Part shown: piece by piece, positions 46,860 through 55,486 of the stretch | Layout of the letters: every line of letters starts with the position of its first letter | Numbering within the stretch: the first letter of the stretch is position 1 | IMG/VR virus record: IMGVR_UViG_3300010883_000002 | Origin: an uncultured virus (IMG/VR IMGVR_UViG_3300010883_000002) | Lineage: Duplodnaviria; Heunggongvirae; Uroviricota; Caudoviricetes | DNA: 64,000 bases | Reading direction: 5' to 3' (one strand) | Position numbers and translations under genes: made by a program | The notes under the pieces: generated by a model | Seen by the model: the letters and a program-made list of their open reading frames with translations, nothing else | Database searches by the model: none | What the model was told of the DNA's origin: nothing

Positions 46860-47196
46860 AAATTATTCTATCGCTCGGAAACTACAAAAAGAAAAACGAT
46901 CTAATAATGAATTTGAAGTGATGCTCAACCGTCTAACATTAGAAGAAGTAATTGGACTCAAGTTGGAGTTAGCTTCTAAAGCTGCTGGTAGTTCTTTATA
47001 CGGACTACCACTATGGCATTCAATGAAAGAGATTATTCAAGAAGCTGTATTTAAATATGCTGTTTCTGCAACACAGACAAAAGGTGAAGCTATTAGATTT
47101 TTGGGCGTGACTCCTAGTTATTTCAGGAGCCTATATAAGAAGTTTGAGATAGATAATTATTTTATTAATGGGGGTGAAATGGATTCGACAGAGTAA
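46816..47196 (+). CDS. Basic protein with Fis-like C-terminal HTH; 3' end overlaps tmRNA
   Basis: TQTKGEAIRFLGVTPSYFRSLYKKFEI; stop at 47194-47196 lies inside tmRNA. Confidence 0.7.
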   Translation: MTWIKRKKSYKGKNKNYSIARKLQKEKRSNNEFEVMLNRLTLEEVIGLKLELASKAAGSSLYGLPLWHSMKEIIQEAVFKYAVSATQTKGEAIRFLGVTPSYFRSLYKKFEIDNYFINGGEMDSTE

Positions 47197-47541
47197 GGAA
47201 GGTTGAGAGTGCAAGCAGCCAACGGTAACAAATGGCTTGACAGTGTTACATCGTTTTTAACTGACAACGATAACGTTCAGTACGCTCTAGCTGCTTAAGC
47301 AGTATTAGAGCCGGGGTTTCTGATGACCTTGTGATCCAACATCAGATAAGTGGTTGGTCCCACCGAAATAAACTAGACCAAAATGGATACCCTGTTTGTA
47401 ACAGGTGGACTTCCGAGGCTACATGGGAAGTGGGAAAATATGCAGCTATTTTATTGATTTGGAAATAAATCAAACAAGCTTGTGGATGACTTGATATTAG
47501 ATTTATTTTGGACGGGAGTTCGACTCTCCCCACCTCCACCA
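47170..47541 (+). ncRNA. ssrA: tmRNA, tag (A)DNDNVQYALAA*
   Basis: 5' GGGGGTGAAATGGATTCGAC; 3' GGGAGTTCGACTCTCCCCACCTCCACCA with G3:U70; tag frame 47263-47298. Confidence 0.95.
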
Positions 47542-47568
47542 TTTTCACACAACAAAAGGAGAAAGAAT

Positions 47569-47730
47569 ATGTTAACAACAGTAATAGTAGGTCTAGTGGC
47601 ATTAGTAGCTGGAGCAATTATAGAGACAACACCATTGCGTCCGATTAATCGGTTGGTTGTCGCTGTGCTTGGTCTAGTTGGCGATGCTGGTGACAAAGCT
47701 GATCAAACAAAAGAAAAACTTAAAAAGTAA
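47569..47730 (+). CDS. Small membrane protein
   Basis: AAGGAG SD; MLTTVIVGLVALVAGAII. Confidence 0.6.
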   Translation: MLTTVIVGLVALVAGAIIETTPLRPINRLVVAVLGLVGDAGDKADQTKEKLKK

Positions 47731-47739
47731 GGAGAGAAT

Positions 47740-48030
47740 ATGTTAGAGCCAGAACTTAAAAATGAGAAGGTTAAGCACACACAAGGAAAGCCTTGGACAA
47801 CTGTGGCTATCTTTAACTCATACAAGGAAGCGGATATGAAACGCAGTTTTTTGATTGCGGAAGAACCCACTTTCTCTACGAAGATTAAAAGATGTGGAGA
47901 TGGCGGTAGCCAGTTCAAAGTAACCAAGCGAGTTGATGAAGAATTAGCGAAGGTTGCAGAGGAAATGGAAAAGATCACAAAGGAATCTAAACTAAAAAAG
48001 GTTCGTTCTAAGAAGAAGTCTAAAAAGTAA
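47740..48030 (+). CDS. Hypothetical basic protein
   Basis: AAGGAG SD; terminator follows. Confidence 0.65.
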   Translation: MLEPELKNEKVKHTQGKPWTTVAIFNSYKEADMKRSFLIAEEPTFSTKIKRCGDGGSQFKVTKRVDEELAKVAEEMEKITKESKLKKVRSKKKSKK

Positions 48031-48058
48031 AACAATGAATTACAATTAGTATAATCCC

Positions 48059-48089
48059 AGAACCACCTTAATCGGTGGTTTTGTTTTTT
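48059..48089 (+). terminator. Intrinsic terminator
   Basis: agaaccacc-ttaatc-ggtggtttt plus T tract. Confidence 0.75.
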
Positions 48090-48093
48090 GAGC

Positions 48094-48122
48094 TTGACAT
48101 TAATTACAAGCTGTGCTATACT
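48094..48122 (+). promoter_or_regulatory. sigma70 promoter
   Basis: TTGACA-N17-TATACT. Confidence 0.8.
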
Positions 48123-48143
48123 GGTGTCTAGGATCAAGTTTAT

Positions 48144-48220
<77 letters not shown>

Positions 48221-48253
48221 TTAATTTAACTAAACTACGGAGTAATAAAAAAA

Positions 48254-48862
48254 ATGGAAAAAGAAATATACTGGCTTAGTGACTCTCCAGAACCCAAGAA
48301 GGGAGAGGTTTCCGAGTCATCAGATGATAATAGAGTTGAAACAGAACAGAATAGAATATATTTTTATTCAGAAGTAGAAAGACACAAAAACTTAGAATTA
48401 AACAAAAGTATTCAGAGTCTATCAACCACATTAGTTAATCGTGGTAAAGAACTTGATACAGATCCCGGCAAAATCTTTTTGCATATTAATTCTTACGGAG
48501 GAAGTGTCTTTGCTGGGCTTTCTTCTGTAGATTATATTATGAACTCCCCAGTTCCAATTACAACTATTATTGATGGCTGTGCTGCAAGTGCTGCAACTCT
48601 CATGAGTGTGGTAGGAAGCAGACGGATGATGCATAAACATTCTTACATGTTAATCCACCAGCTTTCTTCGGGAACGTGGGGAAAATATGAAGAGATTAAA
48701 GATGAGATGAAAAATTGTGACAATCTGATGAAAGTCATTAAAAATATTTATGCCAAACATACAAAGATCCCCAGTAAAGAACTAACCAAGCTCTTGAAGA
48801 GAGATTTGTGGTGGGACGCAGAGACGTGTCTCAAGTACGGATTGATTGACGAGATTATTTGA
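48254..48862 (+). CDS. clpP: ClpP-family serine protease
   Basis: INSYGGSV, GCAASAAT (catalytic Ser), LIHQ, RDLWW...YGLIDEI. Confidence 0.88.
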   Translation: MEKEIYWLSDSPEPKKGEVSESSDDNRVETEQNRIYFYSEVERHKNLELNKSIQSLSTTLVNRGKELDTDPGKIFLHINSYGGSVFAGLSSVDYIMNSPVPITTIIDGCAASAATLMSVVGSRRMMHKHSYMLIHQLSSGTWGKYEEIKDEMKNCDNLMKVIKNIYAKHTKIPSKELTKLLKRDLWWDAETCLKYGLIDEII

Positions 48863-48868
48863 TGTGCT

Positions 48869-48941
48869 TGGGGTGTAGTTCAATTGGCAGAGCATCGGGT
48901 TGTTACCCCGAAGGTTGGTGGTTCGACTCCACCCGCCCCAG
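48869..48941 (+). tRNA. tRNA-Asn(GTT)
   Basis: U1-A72; tcggg-TTGTTAC-cccga; G73; CCA not encoded. Confidence 0.9.
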
Positions 48942-48961
48942 CATTTTCTTAAAAATACTTC

Positions 48962-48990
48962 TTGACACCAGCTTAATTTAAGGTTATATT
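48962..48990 (+). promoter_or_regulatory. sigma70 promoter of the tRNA cluster
   Basis: TTGACA-N17-TATATT. Confidence 0.8.
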
Positions 48991-49002
48991 AGTAATATGA
49001 AT

Positions 49003-49087
49003 GGGGTTGTGGTGGAACTGGTAGACACGCTAGACTCAAAATCTGGTGCCTTTTGGCGTGGGGGTTCGATTCCCCCCAACCCTACCA
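49003..49087 (+). tRNA. tRNA-Leu(CAA)
   Basis: ctaga-CTCAAAA-tctgg; long variable arm; CCA. Confidence 0.93.
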
Positions 49088-49090
49088 TAT

Positions 49091-49167
49091 CGGGATGTGG
49101 CGCAGTCTGGCAGCGCATCTGCTTTGGGAGCAGAGGGTCGCAGGTTCAAATCCTGCTATCCCGACCA
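49091..49167 (+). tRNA. tRNA-Pro(TGG)
   Basis: C1-G72; tctgc-TTTGGGA-gcaga; CCA. Confidence 0.95.
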
Positions 49168-49170
49168 TTT

Positions 49171-49267
49171 GGGGACGTAGCTCAGTTGGTTAGAGCAGCG
49201 AGCTTATACCTCGTATTAGCGCCTGATAAGCGCAAGGTCGTGGGTTCAAGTCCCACCGTCCCTACCA
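49171..49267 (+). tRNA. tRNA-Ile(TAT) with an extra arm carrying a GAT anticodon-like loop
   Basis: gcgag-CTTATAC-ctcgt, then atta-gcgc-CTGATAA-gcgc-aaggtc; normal D and T arms; A73; CCA. Confidence 0.88.
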
Positions 49268-49288
49268 TTTTTAGAAAGAGAAAAATAA

Positions 49289-49588
49289 ATGTATAAACCA
49301 CTACCGAACTCACTAACCTTAAAAAATTCCGAGATACATGGTGTTGGTATATTTGCCACCGAGGATATTCCTTCTGATACGATATTAGGAATCACTCACA
49401 TAATTGACGACAGGTTTGAACAAGAACATATTAGAACTCCACTAGGGGGTTTTTATAATCATTCTACAGATCCAAACTGTGAAACGTATTATATTGATGA
49501 TATAATGATTCTAAGAACAATTAGAAATATAACATCAGGTGAAGAGATAACCAGTAAATATAAACTATATTTCCCGTCGCCGCTGTAG
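49289..49588 (+). CDS. SET-domain protein-lysine methyltransferase
   Basis: SEIHGVGIFATEDI, GFYNHSTDPNC, RNITSGEEITSKY; GTG start; stop inside tRNA-Thr. Confidence 0.88.
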   Translation: MYKPLPNSLTLKNSEIHGVGIFATEDIPSDTILGITHIIDDRFEQEHIRTPLGGFYNHSTDPNCETYYIDDIMILRTIRNITSGEEITSKYKLYFPSPL

Positions 49589-49654
49589 CTCAATTGGTAG
49601 AGCAACGCATTTGTAATGCGTAGGTTGTAGGTTCAAGTCCTATCAGCGGCTCCA
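49579..49654 (+). tRNA. tRNA-Thr(TGT)
   Basis: acgca-TTTGTAA-tgcgt; CCA. Confidence 0.95.
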
Positions 49655-49665
49655 CACTTATATGG

Positions 49666-49803
49666 TTATTTTATTGCTGCAAGAAGAAAGTAAGCTGTTA
49701 CTGTTGCGACAACGGAACCATAACAGACACCGAGAAACATTCCTGTTGAGAATGCACCTAGTTTCTTAACTGCCTGTATCGCCCGTGTCAGAGCTTTCTT
49801 CAT
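49666..49803 (-). CDS. 45-aa membrane peptide (below ORF-track cutoff)
   Basis: MKKALTRAIQAVKKLGAFSTGMFLGVCYGSVVATVTAYFLLAAIK; overlaps the end of the vWA gene. Confidence 0.5.
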   Translation of the reverse strand: MKKALTRAIQAVKKLGAFSTGMFLGVCYGSVVATVTAYFLLAAIK

Positions 49804-50809
49804 TATATTTTTCGATGACATATCCAACCTCTACTAATGTGTTTGGTGGAGGACCAGTCAGTTCCCCCGAAGTAGCATCTGTTTCAGTAAAAATTACTGT
49901 GTTGATGCTGGGTTCATAATACCAATTTGCTGAATCATAAAGTGCTCCGTCAGTGAACACCCTAATTGTTTCTTCGATTGGTAAATGAGTTAATTCAATT
50001 TCTGTTTTTGGCTCCATCTCAACTGCTGCTTCTGCAACACCGGGAGTCCAATCTTCCGAACAAATATCTACAACGGTTCCAGAAAGTAGATTTGTTGCTT
50101 CCATATATCTGTCTCCAACATTTATGCTGGAACCATTGCATGTTGAAACAGCGGGATCAAAATTTACAATACTTGCCAAGAAAACATAATCTCTTACAAG
50201 TGAATACCAGTGTACAAAGTCTATAGCTGATGAAAAATTGGTCCCTTGTTCTTCTTCATCAGAAACAAAAACAACTAATAACGCTGCATCATTTCTCATC
50301 CACGTCGCTGCATATGAATTGTTGGTAATATATTCATATGCTGCATCAAACCCCTCTTCTCTCTGACCATTCCCGATGGCATTATACATTGTTTCAGCAT
50401 CGGCAAGGGTATCGCCGGGAAGCAATGGAAATAATGTTTCTGTGGAAGCGTAGCTTCCGTCTGCTGAAAGCATAGCCAGTCTCCAGTTTGTTGCTGGGAG
50501 TGCCGTCATCATGGCGGCAATACCATCTAATAATCGTGTTTGATGTGTGTTCATTGATCCTGAGCGATCAATGACCCATAAAATATCAATTCCATCCATA
50601 ACGGACGATTGATAAAAGTGATCTACCCAAACTTCGCCGGGTTCAGGGTCAACTGGCGGGGCAGTGTCTTCGACAAGAACTTCTACTTCTACATAAATAT
50701 ATTCGGTTTCGCCACCGTAAATGGCATAATCGGTTGTACAAGACGTTATTACAAGTGCAAAGCTCGCCACACATACTGCGGTTGCGAACTTGGCAAAATT
50801 TAACATCAC
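49766..50809 (-). CDS. vWA-domain lipoprotein
   Basis: Signal ending ITSC; DILWVIDRSGSM MIDAS; FVSDEEEQ; ends DTGDTGS. Confidence 0.8.
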   Translation of the reverse strand: MMLNFAKFATAVCVASFALVITSCTTDYAIYGGETEYIYVEVEVLVEDTAPPVDPEPGEVWVDHFYQSSVMDGIDILWVIDRSGSMNTHQTRLLDGIAAMMTALPATNWRLAMLSADGSYASTETLFPLLPGDTLADAETMYNAIGNGQREEGFDAAYEYITNNSYAATWMRNDAALLVVFVSDEEEQGTNFSSAIDFVHWYSLVRDYVFLASIVNFDPAVSTCNGSSINVGDRYMEATNLLSGTVVDICSEDWTPGVAEAAVEMEPKTEIELTHLPIEETIRVFTDGALYDSANWYYEPSINTVIFTETDATSGELTGPPPNTLVEVGYVIEKYNEESSDTGDTGS

Positions 50810-50829
50810 TTACATTATTTACTCCTGTT

Positions 50830-51681
50830 TTATTCTTGGGCAGCGGTTGCTGCTCTTCTTCTCCTTTCAATATAACTATTGAAATTAATTGTTAGAAAAT
50901 CTCTCATCTGTTGAAGGGTAGCTGAGTACGGTGCTGATGGAAATCCACTGTGAACCGAATGAATCATTCCGACCAACATCCATTTGTCTCCAATACTAAT
51001 AAATATTGGCGAACCCGAACTGCCGGGAGCAGCATTAATATCTGAATACCATGCTGAAATTTCTGTGGGACACCGGGGCGCTCGGCATTCACCAACGTAA
51101 AAACCTTCTTCTATTAAAACAGCCGGGGGGTGTATAATTCCTAATGGAGCCGCAATGTTTAAAACACGCTCTCCGTTCTCTGGCGGTCTTGGCGATAATT
51201 TTATTGGGATAGAATATGGCATCCTTTCGGATTCCATTAAACATAGATCGCCTCCCATATCATAAATTATAATATTTACATCATCATAAATATTCCCGGC
51301 GTAATCCATTAATACAATTTTGCGAGAGAATGTAGTTGTTGTGAGGGAGTCTTTTGTGGGATCGTACCCGAACATTGCTGGGTTAACAGGGACACAAACA
51401 TGACCAGCGGTCAATATTAGGGATCTCTCTGATTTGCTTAGTGGATCTCTGTAGTGCCTGACAACAACGGCTGATGCCTTACCGTGAGCTAACGTCGCAG
51501 AAGAACAACTTTGTGGACTAGCTTGTTCACAGGTTTCTATTAATATGTGTGAGGATATTTGAGCAAAAGCTTTTGTCGGCGGGCTTATTTTATTACTTCG
51601 TGAGGTGGCACAGCCGCCTCCGATTATTACAAAACTTATCAACGCCGACAAGATCAAAGATTTTAACTCCAGTATTTTCAC
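50830..51681 (-). CDS. Trypsin-like serine protease, probable lipoprotein
   Basis: LTAGHVC, DLCL, PGSSGSP; N-terminal hydrophobic segment ending GGGC. Confidence 0.88.
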   Translation of the reverse strand: MKILELKSLILSALISFVIIGGGCATSRSNKISPPTKAFAQISSHILIETCEQASPQSCSSATLAHGKASAVVVRHYRDPLSKSERSLILTAGHVCVPVNPAMFGYDPTKDSLTTTTFSRKIVLMDYAGNIYDDVNIIIYDMGGDLCLMESERMPYSIPIKLSPRPPENGERVLNIAAPLGIIHPPAVLIEEGFYVGECRAPRCPTEISAWYSDINAAPGSSGSPIFISIGDKWMLVGMIHSVHSGFPSAPYSATLQQMRDFLTINFNSYIERRRRAATAAQE

Positions 51682-51725
51682 ACCCCTCTGTCTCCATCTA
51701 AAAGAAGAACCCTCTTTTCTATAAG

Positions 51726-51789
51726 TAACTAGGAGACAGAAGACAAATATTCCTCAGAGACGGATTTTTCTTAAAGGTAGGTCTAATTA
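51726..51789. promoter_or_regulatory. Divergent putative late promoters
   Basis: CTAGTTA on - strand (51726-51732) and CTAATTA on + strand (51783-51789) facing the two operons. Confidence 0.55.
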
Positions 51790-51826
51790 TAGTGAAAGGG
51801 CATATTGCTCGCAGGGAGAAAATAAT

Positions 51827-52225
51827 ATGGCACATGGAAATAAATCTTGGTATCCTACCGGGTCAGACAGTGAGGCTCATGTTGAGCCGGGAGTTGGTAT
51901 TGGAAATACAGCCTCGTATCAATCCTCTGGCGTTCCTATTGTTGGTGTATTAGACAACGTGTCTGGCTTAACAGTGGCGACAAATTTTGTGACTAGGGCA
52001 ATTACAGTATGGAGTCCTAATGTCGCAGATCAAATTTCTTTTGATGGTGGAGATACGTTTCTCCCTTTAGCTCAAAATAGAGTACATCGCTTTGAAATCA
52101 AAACAACTAACATACAAACCCAAGCGGGCGATACAATAAATTTTTGTGCAGAACTTACAGGGATTAAAGCAAAGCATTGCCCAGACTGGGATAACTCTGC
52201 AAACGCTTTTTTTACTCAATCATAA
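51827..52225 (+). CDS. Putative small virion structural protein, paralog A
   Basis: MAHGNKSWYPT...GIGNTASYQSSG.P...FVTRAIT...ISFDGG...AELTGI. Confidence 0.65.
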   Translation: MAHGNKSWYPTGSDSEAHVEPGVGIGNTASYQSSGVPIVGVLDNVSGLTVATNFVTRAITVWSPNVADQISFDGGDTFLPLAQNRVHRFEIKTTNIQTQAGDTINFCAELTGIKAKHCPDWDNSANAFFTQS

Positions 52226-52237
52226 AGGAAAAATAAT

Positions 52238-52651
52238 ATGGCACACGGAAATAAAACTTGGTATCCTACAGCGGCAGATGTTACGGGCGAGTTTGGAACC
52301 ACACACTCCGAAGGACTCGGAAACACAGCCTCATATCAATCATCGGGAATCCCGGTGACGGCAATGATGCGGGATTTTGCGGGATTTAGAACAATAGAAT
52401 TTAGTTTTGTTACAAGAGCTATTACACTAACGCCTATTGGTGCAAACGCAACGAGCGTTTCTTTCGACGGTGGTGCAACTTCATTGTTGCTTACACCGGG
52501 AGTACCAACTAGGCTTGAAATAAAATGCACAAGAATAGATTGTTTATCAAACAGGCTCACCATCGTGGCTGAGTTAACTGGTATTCCGGCAGGGCGCTGC
52601 CCTTCAACTTGGAGCAATGCAGGCAATGTATTGTTTACGCAATCACCATAA
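52238..52651 (+). CDS. Putative small virion structural protein, paralog B
   Basis: Same motifs as paralog A. Confidence 0.65.
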   Translation: MAHGNKTWYPTAADVTGEFGTTHSEGLGNTASYQSSGIPVTAMMRDFAGFRTIEFSFVTRAITLTPIGANATSVSFDGGATSLLLTPGVPTRLEIKCTRIDCLSNRLTIVAELTGIPAGRCPSTWSNAGNVLFTQSP

Positions 52652-52677
52652 TGAGGAAAGTAGGGCAAGGCGACTAA

Positions 52678-54045
52678 ATGGCTAGAAAAAAAACTTATGT
52701 ACTTGATACAAGTGTTTATCTAACCGACTTTAATTCTATTTATGCTTTCAGAAACAATGATATTATCGTTCCTTTCAAAGTATTAGAAGAAGTTGATAAA
52801 CATAAAAAGCGGCAGGATACTGTCGGAGTAAATGCTCGTCGAATAATTAGAATATTTGACGATCTTAGAAGAAGGGGCAGCTTAAATAAGGGAGTCCGCC
52901 TTAAACGAGGACAGGGCATTGTCCGTGTCAGGGGGTATGATAAAAACATGCTTCCTGAAGAATATTCAATAGTAGATCCAGATAATCAAATTATCGCCAC
53001 TGCTGTTTCTGAGGCAGCGGGAAATGAAAGAAAAGTTATTGTTGTTTCCCGTGACATTAACATGCGTGTCAAATGTGATGCAATCGGATTAACCTCTGAA
53101 GATTATCATGTTGGTAAAGTAATCAGGACTGCTGATGAAATTTTTACTGGCTTTGCCACACATTTGATTGATGACCAGATTATTGATAGATTTTATGACG
53201 GCGCAAAAATTCTGCTAGAGAAGCAAGATATTTATTTACAACCAAATCAATTCTTGATGTTGGTTTCAAACTCTAATGAAAAGAAGACTTGTTTGGCCAG
53301 ATTTATAAATTATGCAACTCCGCTTCTCAGAATTAATGGCGAGTTTAATACTACGGGAATTTGGGGAGTCAAACCAAGGAATAAAGAACAGAGCTTTGCT
53401 TTGAATTTATTGTTAGATCCTAAAGTTGAAATTGTTTCTCTGGTTGGAAAAGCTGGTTCAGGAAAAACACTGTGTGCTCTTGCTGCTGGGTTGGAACAAT
53501 TATTAGAACCAATGTCACGAAAAAGAAAAAACACTCCCAAAAATCCCCCACCAGACGGACAAACAAGATACAATAGATTAATTGTTACTCGTCCGGTTCA
53601 ACCTCTTGGAAAGGATATTGGGTTTTTGCCCGGTACTATGGAAGAAAAAATGGCACCGTGGTTGATGCCCATTCAAGATAATTTACAATTTCTTCTTGGA
53701 GATGATAAAACTACTTTACAAATGTACATGGATAATGGTACAATAGAGATAGAAGCACTCACATATATTCGTGGGCGTTCAATTTCAAATGCTTTTATTA
53801 TAGTAGATGAGGCTCAAAACTTAACAAAACATGAATTAAAGACTATAATAACAAGAGTAGGTGAAGGATCAAAAATTGTTTTGACAGGAGACATTGAGCA
53901 AATTGACAACACTTATATTGACGAAACGTCAAACGGATTAACCTATGCTGTGGAAAAATTGAAGCGGTATGAATTATCCGGTCATGTAACATTAACAAAA
54001 GGTGAGCGTTCCAAGGTGGCAACGCTCGGCGCTAAAGTTTTATAA
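52678..54045 (+). CDS. phoH: PIN-PhoH (PhoH2/YlaK-type) protein
   Basis: YVLDTSV, SRDINMRVK (PIN); GKAGSGKT, GFLPG, YIRGRS, DEAQN, TGDIEQID. Confidence 0.93.
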   Translation: MARKKTYVLDTSVYLTDFNSIYAFRNNDIIVPFKVLEEVDKHKKRQDTVGVNARRIIRIFDDLRRRGSLNKGVRLKRGQGIVRVRGYDKNMLPEEYSIVDPDNQIIATAVSEAAGNERKVIVVSRDINMRVKCDAIGLTSEDYHVGKVIRTADEIFTGFATHLIDDQIIDRFYDGAKILLEKQDIYLQPNQFLMLVSNSNEKKTCLARFINYATPLLRINGEFNTTGIWGVKPRNKEQSFALNLLLDPKVEIVSLVGKAGSGKTLCALAAGLEQLLEPMSRKRKNTPKNPPPDGQTRYNRLIVTRPVQPLGKDIGFLPGTMEEKMAPWLMPIQDNLQFLLGDDKTTLQMYMDNGTIEIEALTYIRGRSISNAFIIVDEAQNLTKHELKTIITRVGEGSKIVLTGDIEQIDNTYIDETSNGLTYAVEKLKRYELSGHVTLTKGERSKVATLGAKVL

Positions 54046-54064
54046 ACAAACAAGGAGAAAGACG

Positions 54065-54457
54065 ATGAGTACACCAAAGACAGGAGATCCTGATTTTCCA
54101 ACTATTGATTCAAAAGAATACGAGGAAACAGAAACATTGAAAGAAGTGGTAGAACGAATTACACCAATCAAAGAATGGTTGGTCAACTACGTTGGAAGCC
54201 AGCACAATCCAGATGACGGTGAAGTGACCGTAGAAATGGTTGTAGAAACAATGGCGGCAGAATTTCCAGAATTTCTATTGGCTCTCGCTGAAGAAAATTG
54301 GATTCGTGGTTATCGGCAGGGAATTTCTGATGTTGATCATGGAATGAAGTTGGCAGCAGAGGAAGAGGCAAAGACAACTGTAAAAGGTAAGTATGACGGC
54401 AGCGGAGCTTGTGTTGCCGAGGTAGAGGAAGATCAAAGCGGGGGAGAAAATGAATGA
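54065..54457 (+). CDS. Conserved phage hypothetical protein
   Basis: AAGGAG SD; AEENWIRGY. Confidence 0.7.
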   Translation: MSTPKTGDPDFPTIDSKEYEETETLKEVVERITPIKEWLVNYVGSQHNPDDGEVTVEMVVETMAAEFPEFLLALAEENWIRGYRQGISDVDHGMKLAAEEEAKTTVKGKYDGSGACVAEVEEDQSGGENE

Positions 54458-55139
54458 CCCTCTGTTTGATGCCATCGCCCATTCAAATGAGAAGTTCTTA
54501 AAAGAAAGAAAAGAATATAATCTATTCAACAGCATCTATGTTTATGTTAAAGACCCATTACCCGATGGTATAGATGTAACTTCTGTTCTGCAACAGGTAG
54601 AGGATGCCCTACCTTCTTATTTGTCGTCTGGCGTTGAGTCGATATTTGTCGGAGAGTTTGAAGAGTTAGAATCTCGTGAGGTTTCTGCTGTCTTCGACGG
54701 CGGCACTGTATATCTTACAAATAAGCAATCCAGTGACCGAGATATGTTCGATGACATAGTTCATGAGATTGCACACTCAGTTGAAACGTGGGCAGGTTTA
54801 GAAATCTACGGCGATGGAGCCTTAGAACAAGAATATTTGAAAAAAAGTAAAATATTACTTGACATTCTTGCCAAAGAAGGTTATAATGTAACTACAATAA
54901 AGGCTTTGTTCTACGATGTAGAATATTCAAGGGAATTTGATTTTTTCCTATACAAAACTGTAGGATATGATATACTAAACATGTTAACAATGAATGTATT
55001 CCCAACTCCGTATTCGGTAACTTCTTTAAGGGAGTATTTTGCCGTAGGGTTTGAAGAATATTTCATTGGAGATAAAAGTTATTTAGAGGAAGTTAGTCCC
55101 GTCCTTTACAATAAGATTGATAAAATTGCGGGGCAATAA
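54450..55139 (+). CDS. Zincin-like metallopeptidase
   Basis: IVHEIAH...SLREYFA. Confidence 0.75.
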   Translation: MNDPLFDAIAHSNEKFLKERKEYNLFNSIYVYVKDPLPDGIDVTSVLQQVEDALPSYLSSGVESIFVGEFEELESREVSAVFDGGTVYLTNKQSSDRDMFDDIVHEIAHSVETWAGLEIYGDGALEQEYLKKSKILLDILAKEGYNVTTIKALFYDVEYSREFDFFLYKTVGYDILNMLTMNVFPTPYSVTSLREYFAVGFEEYFIGDKSYLEEVSPVLYNKIDKIAGQ

Positions 55140-55152
55140 CTTGGAGAGAAAA

Positions 55153-55476
55153 ATGGCTAGTAAACCACATAAATTAGAAAAACTCGATATTTGTGTTGAT
55201 GACGAAGAGGGCGTTGTTTGTGCAACAGTTGTGCTTAAGCCCCTTCTTAGAAATGAGAAGAGGGTCAAATATACGTCAGCACAGATACAAGACTGGCTAC
55301 TACAGCGTGGCATTGCGACATTAGGGTTGGTCACAGGCGGCGTGGTGTCTAATAAGGACGCCAAGAGCCGAACAAAAACTTTTGTTTTTGAAATTAGTAA
55401 GAGGGTGACTGAACAGACAACCACGGCTATCTTAGAGCGTGAAGCTAAGAAGAAAACTAAAAAGAAAAAGAGTTAA
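55153..55476 (+). CDS. Hypothetical protein
   Basis: GGAG SD before ATG 55153. Confidence 0.6.
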   Translation: MASKPHKLEKLDICVDDEEGVVCATVVLKPLLRNEKRVKYTSAQIQDWLLQRGIATLGLVTGGVVSNKDAKSRTKTFVFEISKRVTEQTTTAILEREAKKKTKKKKS

Positions 55477-55486
55477 GAGGTTACTG

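Noticed and set aside
49171..49267. Intron-containing tRNA explanation for the extra arm
   Set aside because: The insert is about 20 nt, not at position 37/38, lacks a bulge-helix-bulge and is far too short for a group I intron; unconventional processing is not excluded.
48997..49296. 99-aa ORF
   Set aside because: Reads through three tRNA genes; spurious.
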